Shown here: piece after piece, positions 8,815 through 18,351 of the stretch | Numbering within the stretch: position 1 is the stretch's first letter | Layout: each line of letters starts with the position of its first letter | Assembly: GCA_041750285.1 (NCBI GenBank) | Contig: JBGSZS010000007.1 | Coordinates: 96,001-160,000, forward strand | Direction of reading: 5' to 3' | From: Candidatus Fermentibacteraceae bacterium | GTDB lineage: Bacteria; Fermentibacterota; Fermentibacteria; Fermentibacterales; JCC-6 | Length of the DNA stretch: 64,000 nt | The notes under the pieces: generated by a model | Seen by the model: only the letters and a program-made list of their open reading frames with translations | What the model was told of the DNA's origin: nothing | Database searches by the model: none | Translations under genes and position numbers: made by a program

Positions 8815-9832
8815 CGGGTACCTCCACCGTATCAAGGCCCTTTTCCGCAAGCACTTCGTTGAGGATTGAAAGGTCGTAGATGCCGTCCAGGTCAGGTTCG
8901 TCATCGAGGAAACCGGTCTGCCACGCTGCCCGTGCTGATTCATACAGCGAAGAAGCGACGGGGTCCCATGTGCTGCGCATGTTCGACAGGGCCATGGTCA
9001 GGACCTGCCCGGGAAGAGCCTTTCCCGTAAGCCGTTCGATCTCGCCGTTCAGGAGGGCGGCTGCCTCTTCGGGGTTCCGGTTCTCCCAGAGCGTTACTTC
9101 CACATGGGCTTCGAGCCACCGCCTGACGATCCCGGGGCGTTCCATCAGAAAGGGTGTGGAAACGATTATGTGCGCGGTAACGAAATCACCGTCGGGCCAG
9201 ATCGTCCTTTCGTCAAGAAGAACCACGCCTCCCCCTTCCACGACCAGACGGCTTGCCCAGGGTTCTGGAACCCATGCCCCGTCGATCTCACCCTGTCGGA
9301 AAAGGTCCAGTATCTGGGGGTTGGCCGTTGGTATGATCTGCACGCTGCCCCCCTCTTCCAGTGGAGAAAGGCCATGTTCGGCAAGGCAGTTCCTTAGGGC
9401 CACGTCCTGTGTATTGCCAAGTTGGGGGGTGGCAATGCGGTGTCCGTCCATCTCCTCGAGAGTCGTTATCCCCGCGTCGGGTCTGACCACCAGGGCAGCA
9501 CCTCCGCTCGTGGCGCCCGCCACGATCCTCAGGGCCTCGCCATTCGAGCGGACGAACCCCGTTATGGCTGGATTGGGGCCTATGTAGGCAAGGTCGAGCC
9601 TGCCTGCGTAAAGCGCCTCGATGACGGAGGGTCCCGCGTTGAAGATGGTCGTTTCAATTGTTGTTTCCGGCCCCAGAGCCTCGGCGAAATCACCTCTGGC
9701 AAGGCCGATTATCGCCTGGCTGTGGGTGATGTTGGGAAAGTAGCCGACCCTTATGATGCCTTCCCGTCCGGCACTTGGCCCCCCGCAGCCGACAAGCGCC
9801 AGAACGGCCACTGCTGCCACTGCTTTCTTCAT
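8804..9832 (-). CDS. SsuA-like ABC substrate-binding lipoprotein
   Basis: Lipobox LVGC; VGYFPNITHSQA, IATPQLGNTQD, AWVPEPW. Confidence 0.85.
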   Translation of the reverse strand: MKKAVAAVAVLALVGCGGPSAGREGIIRVGYFPNITHSQAIIGLARGDFAEALGPETTIETTIFNAGPSVIEALYAGRLDLAYIGPNPAITGFVRSNGEALRIVAGATSGGAALVVRPDAGITTLEEMDGHRIATPQLGNTQDVALRNCLAEHGLSPLEEGGSVQIIPTANPQILDLFRQGEIDGAWVPEPWASRLVVEGGGVVLLDERTIWPDGDFVTAHIIVSTPFLMERPGIVRRWLEAHVEVTLWENRNPEEAAALLNGEIERLTGKALPGQVLTMALSNMRSTWDPVASSLYESARAAWQTGFLDDEPDLDGIYDLSILNEVLAEKGLDTVEVPVGP

Positions 9833-9976
9833 TCAGACCCTCCGCTCTGCGCTTCCACAGGAGAGAACCCGGTTGAACGCTCATTTACAACCGGCTGTTT
9901 CCGTACCCTGCCCAGCCTTGACACCTTTCCCAGCATGCCCGACTATATGGACAGGACAGGAGGGAGGACTACTGGA

Positions 9977-10513
9977 ATGGATGCACTCAGGGCGATTTTT
10001 GGGCGGAAGAGCGTGCGGAGGTTCAGTGACAGGCCCTTGGAGAGGGAACACCTCATCACACTGGTTCGTGCAGCCATGTCAGCGCCTTCGGCCATGGACA
10101 CAAGGCCGTGGGCCTTCGTCGTCGTGACTGACCGGGCGAAGCTTGAAGCCCTGGCGGCGGGGCTGCCTTATGCGGCAATGGCAGCCCAGGCCGCCGCCGC
10201 GGTGGTCGTATGCGGCGTCCTGTCGCGCTGCAGGCCCGGAAGCCCTGCGGACTACTGGGTACAGGACTGCAGTGCGGCAACCGAGAACCTTCTTGTTGCT
10301 GCGGAAGCCCTGGGTCTTGGGGCTGTCTGGACGGGGGTTCATCCCAGGCCGGAGAGGGTTGGACTGGTTCGGCATCTACTCGGGCTGCCGGAGGATGTTG
10401 TGCCGCTGAACCTGATCCCCCTGGGGTATCCCGGAGATGATGCCGCACCGAAAGACAAGTTCGACATGAACGCGTTTCACTGGGAGAGATGGGAGGGTTC
10501 TTCCGGGGCGTGA
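9977..10513 (+). CDS. Nitroreductase family protein
   Basis: RKSVRRFSD, AMSAPSA, QDCSAATENLLVAAEALGLGAVW; ATG 9977 after GGAGG. Confidence 0.85.
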   Translation: MDALRAIFGRKSVRRFSDRPLEREHLITLVRAAMSAPSAMDTRPWAFVVVTDRAKLEALAAGLPYAAMAAQAAAAVVVCGVLSRCRPGSPADYWVQDCSAATENLLVAAEALGLGAVWTGVHPRPERVGLVRHLLGLPEDVVPLNLIPLGYPGDDAAPKDKFDMNAFHWERWEGSSGA

Positions 10514-10597
10514 TGGTCCCGGCGATTCCTTGTATGTTTCAGCGTTGCAGACGGCACATACTGCTGTGAACGAACCACATCAGCTAAGGGGTGTAAA

Positions 10598-11647
10598 ATG
10601 AGTCGCTGGCTGGTAACTGGCGGATCGGGTTTCCTTGGCATCAACCTCATCCGTCATCTCGTCAGGAACGGACACCAGGTTGTTTCCATAGACATCGAAC
10701 CGTTCACATACCCCGACATGGCCGGTGTGGTCGAGCATCACCTGATGGATGTGCGCGATGCCGAGGCCATCGACGGACTGATCGCCGGCGGGTTCGACGT
10801 GGTGATGCACGGCGCTGCGGCCCTTCCCCTTTACAAGAAGTCGGACATTCTCTCAACGAACATACAGGGCACAAGGAATGTTTTCGAATCATCGTACCGG
10901 CACGGTGTGAAGAGGGGGATCTACATCTCTTCCACGGCGGTGTACGGCATACCCAAGAAGCACCCCCTCTACGAGGATGATCCGCTGGTGGGAGTGGGTC
11001 CCTACGGGCACACCAAGATCGAGTCTGAACGGATCGTGGCCGGGTATCGCGAACTTGGCATGACCATAGCCACGATTCGTCCGAAGTCCTTCGTCGGCCC
11101 CGAGAGGCTGGGGGTATTCGCGATCTTCTACCAGTGGGCCTCCGAGGGCAGAAGCTTCCCCATGATCGGAAGGGGAAGAAACCTGTACCAGCTCCTCGAC
11201 GTCGAAGACCTTTGTGATTCCATAGTGCTCGCCGCCGAACACCCCGATCAGGCAGCGGTCAACACCGAGTTCAACATAGGCGCCAAGGTCTACACAACGA
11301 TGCGGGAGGACTACCAGGCAGTTCTTGACAAGGCTGGTTTCGGCAAGACGATCAGAGAGTCCCCTGCCAACCTGGTCATTTTTGCACTTGAACTGCTCGA
11401 GTTCTTCAAGCTTTCTCCCCTTTACCCCTGGGTGTACAAAACGGCCACGAAGGATTCCTTCGTTTCGATCGACAAGGCCGAAAAGGTCCTCGGGTTCACA
11501 CCCAGATACTCCAACAAGGAAGCGCTTCTGAGGAACTACAAGTGGTACCTCGAAAACCGTGACAAGTACGGCAGGAACGACGGCGGGGTTTCCCACAGGG
11601 CACCCTGGAGTCAGGGTATACTGGGTATCGCCAGGTATTTCTTCTGA
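10598..11647 (+). CDS. NAD-dependent epimerase/dehydratase (extended SDR)
   Basis: VTGGSGFLG, SSTAVYG, YGHTK (YxxxK). Confidence 0.85.
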   Translation: MSRWLVTGGSGFLGINLIRHLVRNGHQVVSIDIEPFTYPDMAGVVEHHLMDVRDAEAIDGLIAGGFDVVMHGAAALPLYKKSDILSTNIQGTRNVFESSYRHGVKRGIYISSTAVYGIPKKHPLYEDDPLVGVGPYGHTKIESERIVAGYRELGMTIATIRPKSFVGPERLGVFAIFYQWASEGRSFPMIGRGRNLYQLLDVEDLCDSIVLAAEHPDQAAVNTEFNIGAKVYTTMREDYQAVLDKAGFGKTIRESPANLVIFALELLEFFKLSPLYPWVYKTATKDSFVSIDKAEKVLGFTPRYSNKEALLRNYKWYLENRDKYGRNDGGVSHRAPWSQGILGIARYFF

Positions 11648-11668
11648 TCCTCCGGGCTGCCGCGGCCC

Positions 11669-12577
11669 CTACTTCGCAGCTGTGAGCCATCCCTCACGGT
11701 GATAGTCACTTATTCCGTCGACGATCCCGAATGAGGGCACGAAACCCAGGAGTTCCGCTGCAAGGTTCATGTCGCAGGTCGTGTCATTCTGGTAGCTGCC
11801 CGCGTATGGGTTGGGGATGTATTCCGGAACCCGCTCGAGACCCAGGACGCCGTTCAGGATGGCAACCAGTCCGTTGAAAGTGGTGGCCTTGCCCGACCCG
11901 CAGTTCACCACGCAGCTTTTCCCGGCTTCTGAGGCCAGTTCGTTTGCCCTGACCACATCCTTGACATAGACATAGTCCCTTTTCTGTTCACCGTACTCGA
12001 ACAGACGCGGATTCCCCGAGATCATCTGTCTTGCGAACTGGTGGATCATCGTGGACCTCGAACCCTTGTGGTTCTCCCTGGGTCCATACACATTGCAGTA
12101 TCGGAGCCCCACGGTGACCACCCCCGGGAATTCACTGCCCAGGGCCATGGATGCTTCTTCCAGAAGCTTCTTTGACTCGGCGTAGGGTGTATTTGGATCG
12201 AATGGCCCTTCCTCCCTGAAGGGGGCCTGGCTTCTTCCGTACACGGCGGTCGTCGAGGCGTACACGATCCTTCTGCAGCCCTTTTCGATCACATGGCGGA
12301 ACAGTTTCAGGGGCGCTTCCAGGTTTGCCCAGAGCATTTCCCGACGGTCGGTCATCCTTGTGTTGTTGATCGCGGCCTGATGGAAGAGGACGTCGATCCC
12401 GCCAATCGTGTCGAGGTCAATGCCGAAGATGCCTGGAAACAGCCGCTTTCCCGTGAACTCGGGAATGGTTTGCTCCGACTCGTTGCCCGTGATGATCACT
12501 TCGTGGCCGAGGCTTTGAAGGTGAAGGGCGAGATTCGACCCCACGAACCCGGTTCCACCTGTGACAAGGCACTTCAT
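11669..12577 (-). CDS. NAD-dependent epimerase, ADP-heptose 6-epimerase (HldD/RfaD)-like
   Basis: VTGGTGFVG, YAESK, GLRYCNVYGPRENHKG, GEQKRDYVYVKD. Confidence 0.75.
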   Translation of the reverse strand: MKCLVTGGTGFVGSNLALHLQSLGHEVIITGNESEQTIPEFTGKRLFPGIFGIDLDTIGGIDVLFHQAAINNTRMTDRREMLWANLEAPLKLFRHVIEKGCRRIVYASTTAVYGRSQAPFREEGPFDPNTPYAESKKLLEEASMALGSEFPGVVTVGLRYCNVYGPRENHKGSRSTMIHQFARQMISGNPRLFEYGEQKRDYVYVKDVVRANELASEAGKSCVVNCGSGKATTFNGLVAILNGVLGLERVPEYIPNPYAGSYQNDTTCDMNLAAELLGFVPSFGIVDGISDYHREGWLTAAK

Positions 12578-12598
12578 GCATTGATTCCCTTCAAGGTT

Positions 12599-14989
12599 TC
12601 ACTGATCGGATCCGTCGGCGTTGCGAACGACGGGAACCCAGAGCAGCCCCGAGCGGTGGATGTGGGTGTCGCTCTTCCTTGGGCGTACGAGTTTTTCCTC
12701 GAGAACAAGTTCCTCGGCCCTGAGCGGTTCCTCCATGAGCCCGAGTTTCTCGTTGAACTCCTTTTCCAGTTCGGCCAGACGCTCCCTCTGGACCTCGAGC
12801 TCTCTTTCCGCCGAGGCGATGTCCTGCCTTTCGCGGGAAGCCCTTGTGGCTCCCCTGACTGCCGTGGTGGCCCTGCCCACGCTTCCGGTGCCGATCCTGC
12901 CGCCCAGCAGGGCGCCCATGATCGTGGCCCCGACCGATACTGCGGTCTGGGTTCTCTGGTGGCTGTACTGGCTCTTCTCCCGTTCCAGTTTCTGTTCGGC
13001 CCTTCTGACCCTGTCCTGGACCGTCATGAAGCGCTTCTCGAAAGACTCCCTGAGTTTCTCCACCTGCAGGTCCCGGTTTTCCCTGTCGATCTGAAGGAGC
13101 CTTTCTGCGAAAGAGCCCTTTTCCTCACCGGGGTCTGACGACGCCCTGGGCTTCTGGCAGTACCATACCGAGAGCGTTTGCTCCTGATAGAGCCATGACG
13201 CGGCCCTTGTGAGGAAATGCTTCATTGAGGCCGCTTTGACCGCATCGGGCGGAAGCGGCTCATATGAAGGGTTCGGCGCAGGTTCAATGTCCAGGGGGCT
13301 GGGTTTTCCGCGTGTGCATTCAGCCTCGGCCCATGCATCACCGTGACCGGTCACTGCGGGCACCAATAGCGTGCAATCCTCCCAGAGATCGATCTTCTCT
13401 CGGGCGGACACGAAATGAAGCCTGGCGGATGCAAACAGGTGGGGTGTGTAAAGTACGGTCTGCCCCGCAGGGGAGGGAACCGGCAACGGGGCGTGGAACT
13501 CACCGATCTCGGGCGGTATCCACGGTTTTGACTGTGACGCTGCCTGACCCGGACGTGAAGGTGCAACGGTAGGTTCTGACGGACCGGCCTGTTGAAGGTT
13601 CCTCAGCTGCGCACCAGTCAGTGGGCCCCGCAGGTACGACATCGCCCAACGGGTCTGGAAAAGTTCCGGGTTGCTCCTGTGAACGTTGTGCATGAGGAAG
13701 ACACGCTTTTCCAGCCCCGAGAGAAGCCTGTCCATCTCGGATCTTTCCAGAACGTTCGCCGATGCGCTTTCAAGACCGTCCAGAAGCCGCAGTTTGTCGC
13801 GCTCGGTCTGAAGCCGCCCCACGAACCACGTTCCCGTGTTGGAAAGCCCCCTGTAGTCGAGATCCACAGGATTCTGGGCGGCCAGAACGACACCGAGACC
13901 GTAGGCGCGTGCCTGTTTCAGCAGGGTAAGCATGGGCTTTTTAGAAGGAGGCTCGGCGCCCGGGGGGAAGAATCCGAAGATCTCGTCCATGTAGAGGATG
14001 GCCCTCAAGCTTCCCGTGCCCGGCTTTGACCGCATCCAGGCCACCACCTCGTTGAGAAGAAGGGATACAAAGAACATCCTCTGTTTGTCCGAAAGATGCG
14101 CTATCGAAAGAATCGATATCCTGGGTTTTCCCCCGGGGGAGTGAAGCAGGTTTTCGATGTTGAGGGTTTCCCCAAGGGTCCAGGGTGCAAAACCGGGTGA
14201 TGCCGCCAGGCTGTTGAGCATCATGGCCAGTTTCAGCCTCTCGCCGGAGGGATAGAAAGACTCGACATCAAGCACACCAAGCTGTTTCATGGGTGGATTC
14301 TGAACCGCCCGCACCAGCCCTGTCAGGTCCATGTTCCGGCCTTCCCCCCACGCGTGTGCGAGGATGCTCTGCAGGAGCACATGCTCCCTTCCGTGAACAT
14401 CCAGATCATCCCCTCCCGCGAGTGAGAGAAAACTCGAAACAGCTGTTTCGATGCGATCAGCGAGAACATCCGGCTCATTCATGATCTCCTGCGACGGAGC
14501 ATCGAGCGAACGAAGGATGGAGAGGGGGATCCCGTTGCTGCCTCCCGGTGTGTACAGCCTGAATTCAGACCTGCTTTTCAGCTCCCTGATCCGTTCCCCA
14601 TCCTGACCCCATCGGGCGAGCCCCGCCTTCCATGCATCGGCAGTGTCGGAAGCGAGCCGCTCTGCAGTCACGCCCTTTCGTGCCGCGTCTTCCGGGTCGA
14701 TCCAGGGCAGGAAGTCATCCGGCGAGAGCCCGGGGAAAGTCAGCATGAGGTTGGACAGATCCCCCTTGGGATCGATGGCTATGGCCGGTATGCCGTCCAT
14801 TGCCGCTTCCTCGAGAAGGGAGACGCAAAGGCCGGTTTTGCCGCTTCCGGTCATGCCAACGCAAACCGCATGGGTTGTGAGGTCGCGTGAGTCGTACAGG
14901 ATCAGGTCGTCCGTCGTCTCCCGGGAAGCCGGATCGTAGCGTTTGCCCAGATAGAACACACCGAGTTTTTCAAAATCCCGTATCTGCAT
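12599..14989 (-). CDS. HerA/DUF87/DUF853-like P-loop ATPase with C-terminal coiled coil
   Basis: THAVCVGMTGSGKT, IDPKGD, LYMDEIFG, KQARAYGLGVVLAAQNP; ATG 14989 after AAGGAG. Confidence 0.75.
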   Translation of the reverse strand: MQIRDFEKLGVFYLGKRYDPASRETTDDLILYDSRDLTTHAVCVGMTGSGKTGLCVSLLEEAAMDGIPAIAIDPKGDLSNLMLTFPGLSPDDFLPWIDPEDAARKGVTAERLASDTADAWKAGLARWGQDGERIRELKSRSEFRLYTPGGSNGIPLSILRSLDAPSQEIMNEPDVLADRIETAVSSFLSLAGGDDLDVHGREHVLLQSILAHAWGEGRNMDLTGLVRAVQNPPMKQLGVLDVESFYPSGERLKLAMMLNSLAASPGFAPWTLGETLNIENLLHSPGGKPRISILSIAHLSDKQRMFFVSLLLNEVVAWMRSKPGTGSLRAILYMDEIFGFFPPGAEPPSKKPMLTLLKQARAYGLGVVLAAQNPVDLDYRGLSNTGTWFVGRLQTERDKLRLLDGLESASANVLERSEMDRLLSGLEKRVFLMHNVHRSNPELFQTRWAMSYLRGPLTGAQLRNLQQAGPSEPTVAPSRPGQAASQSKPWIPPEIGEFHAPLPVPSPAGQTVLYTPHLFASARLHFVSAREKIDLWEDCTLLVPAVTGHGDAWAEAECTRGKPSPLDIEPAPNPSYEPLPPDAVKAASMKHFLTRAASWLYQEQTLSVWYCQKPRASSDPGEEKGSFAERLLQIDRENRDLQVEKLRESFEKRFMTVQDRVRRAEQKLEREKSQYSHQRTQTAVSVGATIMGALLGGRIGTGSVGRATTAVRGATRASRERQDIASAERELEVQRERLAELEKEFNEKLGLMEEPLRAEELVLEEKLVRPRKSDTHIHRSGLLWVPVVRNADGSDQ

Positions 14990-15121
14990 GATGCTCTCCT
15001 TTTCGCGCACTGCGTGAGAATATGTATGCCGGGTTTTTTGCGCAAGCTTTCTCGCCGTCCGCTTCGCGGTTAGATTCACAGGTCAGCAGTTTGCCTCGGG
15101 ATCATGCATCGGAGGGTGGAA

Positions 15122-16645
15122 ATGCCGGTAATCATTGATGGGAAAAGCCTTACGATTGAAAAGGTGGTGACGGTGGCCCGCGGGGGCGAAAGGGTGTCAC
15201 TTTCCGAAGAAGCCAGGGAGCGCATCCGGGCGTGCAGAAGAATGGTCGAGCGCAAGATCCGGCTCGGAGAGGTTATGTACGGCATCAACACCGGCATTGG
15301 TGAGTTCTCGGAGAAACGTCTCTCCGACGCCGAGGTCCTTTCCTTCCAGAAATACCTCATCTACAACCATTCCGCAGGAATAGGCAGACCCGCTCCAGTC
15401 GAGCACGTGCGGGCCGCGATGCTTGGAAGGGCAAACGTTCACGCCAACGGACGAAGCGCGGTCCGACTCGAGATGACAGAGATGCTTCTTGAAATGCTTA
15501 ACAGGGGCGTGACCCCTTTTGTGTGCGAGAAGGGCTCCGTGGGTGCGTGCGGTGACCTTGCTCCCATGAGCATGATAGCGCTGGTGATCATGGGGGAGGG
15601 TGAAGCCTTCTACAAGGGTGAACGGCTGCCGGGCGCCGAGGCTCTGGGCAGGGCAGGGCTTGAACCCCTGACACTCCACGCCCGTGACGGGCTTGCACTG
15701 ATCAACGGTTCAAACCTTCTCACTGCCATCGCGGCATTGAACATTCATGACATGAACAACTGGCTGATGACAGCCGAGATAGCGGCCGCGATGAGCCTAG
15801 AGGCCCTCTACGCAAACCTCAAGCCCTACGATCCCCGGGTTCATCTCGAAAGAGGTTTCAGCGGCGCCGTGCGAAGCGCGAGGGCAATACGGAAATGCCT
15901 CGAGGGCAGTGACCTTGCCACAGGCAGAACACCTCAGAAGGTACAGGATGCCTACTCCATGCGAAGCACACCCCAGGTCATCGGCGCCGCGCACGATGCG
16001 CTGGCGTACGCCCGAAGCCAGGTTGAAACTGAGCTGAACGGCGTGGGAGACAACCCGATATTCCTACACGAGGAAGATACCGTTCTCACCGGCGCCAACT
16101 TTCAGGGTTCCCCGGTATCCCTGCCCATGGAAATGGCCGGAACCGCTGTAACAATGGTTTCCGTCCTGAGCGAAAGAAGGTTGAACAGGCTGCTGAACCC
16201 CGCCCTTTCCGTGGGGCTGCCCGCCTTCCTAGCCGAGAAGCCCGGCCTCTACAGCGGCCACATGCTAAGCCAGTACACTGCCGGAATGCTCATCGCCGAA
16301 CAGCGGATACTCTGCACGCCGGCTGCCGTGGCCTCGATACCAGCCGCTGCGGATCAGGAGGATTTCGTGAGCATGGGCATGAACACCAGCCTGAAGAACT
16401 GCACGATCCTCGAGAACGCAATGGGTGTCCTCGGTATTGAGATGATAGCGGCAGCACAGGCTCTTGATTTCAGAACCCATAATTTCGGGATTGGTGTTAA
16501 CGCCGCACATGAAGTGGTGAGGAAGCATGTCGAGCACCTGGGCGAGGACAGGCCTCTGTATCCCGATCACAACCGCATGGTCGAGGTCTTGAGAGGCAAT
16601 GAGGTGCTGGAGACAGTGGAGAAGGTGACCGGCCCGTTGTCATAG
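15122..16645 (+). CDS. hutH: MIO-family aromatic amino-acid ammonia-lyase (HutH-like, Ala-Cys-Gly variant)
   Basis: YGINTGIG, GSVGACGDLAP, GLALING, QDAYSMRS, DNP, ANFQG, QEDFVSMG; substrate not established. Confidence 0.7.
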   Translation: MPVIIDGKSLTIEKVVTVARGGERVSLSEEARERIRACRRMVERKIRLGEVMYGINTGIGEFSEKRLSDAEVLSFQKYLIYNHSAGIGRPAPVEHVRAAMLGRANVHANGRSAVRLEMTEMLLEMLNRGVTPFVCEKGSVGACGDLAPMSMIALVIMGEGEAFYKGERLPGAEALGRAGLEPLTLHARDGLALINGSNLLTAIAALNIHDMNNWLMTAEIAAAMSLEALYANLKPYDPRVHLERGFSGAVRSARAIRKCLEGSDLATGRTPQKVQDAYSMRSTPQVIGAAHDALAYARSQVETELNGVGDNPIFLHEEDTVLTGANFQGSPVSLPMEMAGTAVTMVSVLSERRLNRLLNPALSVGLPAFLAEKPGLYSGHMLSQYTAGMLIAEQRILCTPAAVASIPAAADQEDFVSMGMNTSLKNCTILENAMGVLGIEMIAAAQALDFRTHNFGIGVNAAHEVVRKHVEHLGEDRPLYPDHNRMVEVLRGNEVLETVEKVTGPLS

Positions 16646-16671
16646 CTCAGGCATGTGTTAACCGAAAACTG

Positions 16672-17499
16672 TTAACTCTGAGATGGGCTTATCGTACCCA
16701 TCGCGTGATGGATCTCGGTTTCAGTCACAAGAAGGCTGCCGGCGTGTGCGTTGCCGCACGAGAACTCCAGCCTGCGAAGGAGCTGGTTGGCGACCCGCTC
16801 GTGGACGACGGTGATCACTATCCTGCCGAACCGGTCGTCCCCCCGGGCTTCCATGAAGCCTGCGAAAGCCGGAATGGATGCCAGGTACGATTCGGACCTT
16901 TCAGCGTCCACGATCATGGCAGTGTGCTGTTCCTGTGAGGCCAGCACGTCCATCACGTCGTTGAAAGCGTCGCGTGATCGCGCAAAGATATGGATCATTC
17001 TGAGGTTGGTGCCTATTTCCGGCAGCACGGTGACACTCGCCCCGTTGCAGCCCCTGACCACAGCAATCACATCCTGAGGGTTCTCGGCGTTTTGCAGCGC
17101 CTTTCTGTTCGAGGGCTTCCTGAATAGACGCGAGAACTGGGAGAGGATTTCCAGATGAGTCGAGGGGTCGCTGCGTGGGCCGATCACGAAAGCGAAGAGC
17201 TGAACATCCCTTCCGTCGGGAGAATCGAATCTTACTTCCCGGCGGGTCGTCAGAATACCCACAGCGAAACCGACGGCGCCTTCAAGCCTGCAATGGGGAA
17301 GTGCAACCCCTCCGCCCAGAGCCGTCGAGCCCAGGGCTTCCCGGGACTTGAGAGCGGCAAGGATGCGATCTGCAGGCGTTCCTGCCAGGGCTTTGGAGGA
17401 TGCGGCGAGTTCCGAGATCCTGCCCAGGACCTGATCGGAAGTAACAAGGCTCTGCCCCAGCGCGACCATCTCAACTTCGAGAACGTCCAGTAGTTTCAT
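16672..17499 (-). CDS. PTS EIIA(Ntr/Fru)-domain protein with PII-like C-terminal domain
   Basis: REALGSTALGGGVALPHCR (phospho-His), HLEILS; ATG overlaps the upstream TGA. Confidence 0.7.
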   Translation of the reverse strand: MKLLDVLEVEMVALGQSLVTSDQVLGRISELAASSKALAGTPADRILAALKSREALGSTALGGGVALPHCRLEGAVGFAVGILTTRREVRFDSPDGRDVQLFAFVIGPRSDPSTHLEILSQFSRLFRKPSNRKALQNAENPQDVIAVVRGCNGASVTVLPEIGTNLRMIHIFARSRDAFNDVMDVLASQEQHTAMIVDAERSESYLASIPAFAGFMEARGDDRFGRIVITVVHERVANQLLRRLEFSCGNAHAGSLLVTETEIHHAMGTISPSQS

Positions 17500-18209
17500 C
17501 ACCCTCCCTGGTTGTCCGGCTGCAATAGCAATGGAATATCTGAGATGTGCGATACTGTGGCAAGAAGCATTCCGGCAGGTATGTCCACATGCTCTGCAAC
17601 CCATGTCGATGGACGCTTAACGTATATCGCGTTAACTTCACAGTGAAGCGCCGGTGCGATGTCGGACCTTGGGCTGTTACCCACAACGCAGACCTCTCCA
17701 CGGTTCAGCTCCAGAGAATCAATGATCGCCTCAAGACTTTCCGGGGTTTTTACCGGCACGACTATGCAGTCCTCGAAAAGGCCGGAAAGACCGGATCTCC
17801 GGTATTTATCCTTCTGGTGGTCCTGCTCGCCCATCGTGTAGAGTATCAGCCTGTGGCCCTTCTCAGACAGGTACTCAAGGGTGGAAAGGACACCGGGGAA
17901 AAGGGTGACCGGATGGTTGAGAAGCCTGTCCCGTATCCGGTCGAGAGTTGCGAAGTCACCGTCGGATGGATTCTTCACGAAATCGGCAAGGATCGAACGC
18001 AGGGTTTCGATGTATGGACCCGGGCCGTAACCTGTTTCCGACAGCCGCCGGATGTCCCTCTCGTGGACTTCATTCCTGACGAGGTCTCCGGGGAAGCCCA
18101 GGCCTTCCATCAGAAGAACGAACGAGTCCTCGGCATCACGAAAGTAACCCGCGCTTTCCCACAAGGTGTCGTCTGCGTCGAACACCCAGCACGATATTCT
18201 CTTCTCCAT
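17499..18209 (-). CDS. HAD-superfamily hydrolase
   Basis: VFDADDTLW (DxD motif I), VVGNSPRSDI (motif IV). Confidence 0.85.
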   Translation of the reverse strand: MEKRISCWVFDADDTLWESAGYFRDAEDSFVLLMEGLGFPGDLVRNEVHERDIRRLSETGYGPGPYIETLRSILADFVKNPSDGDFATLDRIRDRLLNHPVTLFPGVLSTLEYLSEKGHRLILYTMGEQDHQKDKYRRSGLSGLFEDCIVVPVKTPESLEAIIDSLELNRGEVCVVGNSPRSDIAPALHCEVNAIYVKRPSTWVAEHVDIPAGMLLATVSHISDIPLLLQPDNQGG

Positions 18210-18237
18210 CCAGCACTCCTGAACGCTCAGCGAAAAC

Positions 18238-18280
18238 TGCGTAAACAAAAGAAGGCAGCGAAAAGAGTTGCGTAAACAAA
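18238..18280. repeat. 12-bp direct repeat TGCGTAAACAAA x2 in a divergent promoter region
   Basis: Exact copies at 18238-18249 and 18269-18280, each preceded by CAGCGAAAA. Confidence 0.65.
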
Positions 18281-18316
18281 CTCGCATAACCTTTGCCGAT
18301 ACCGGAATATGTCGTA

Positions 18317-18345
18317 TTGACAAGCAAACCGCCCCGCCTTATTCT
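18317..18345 (+). promoter_or_regulatory. Sigma70-type promoter
   Basis: TTGACA (18317-18322), 17 bp, TATTCT (18340-18345). Confidence 0.6.
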
Positions 18346-18351
18346 CCGGTT

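Noticed and set aside
9422..9976. Long N-terminal extension of the nitroreductase ORF
   Set aside because: Overlaps the opposite-strand substrate-binding gene; the real start with RBS is at 9977.
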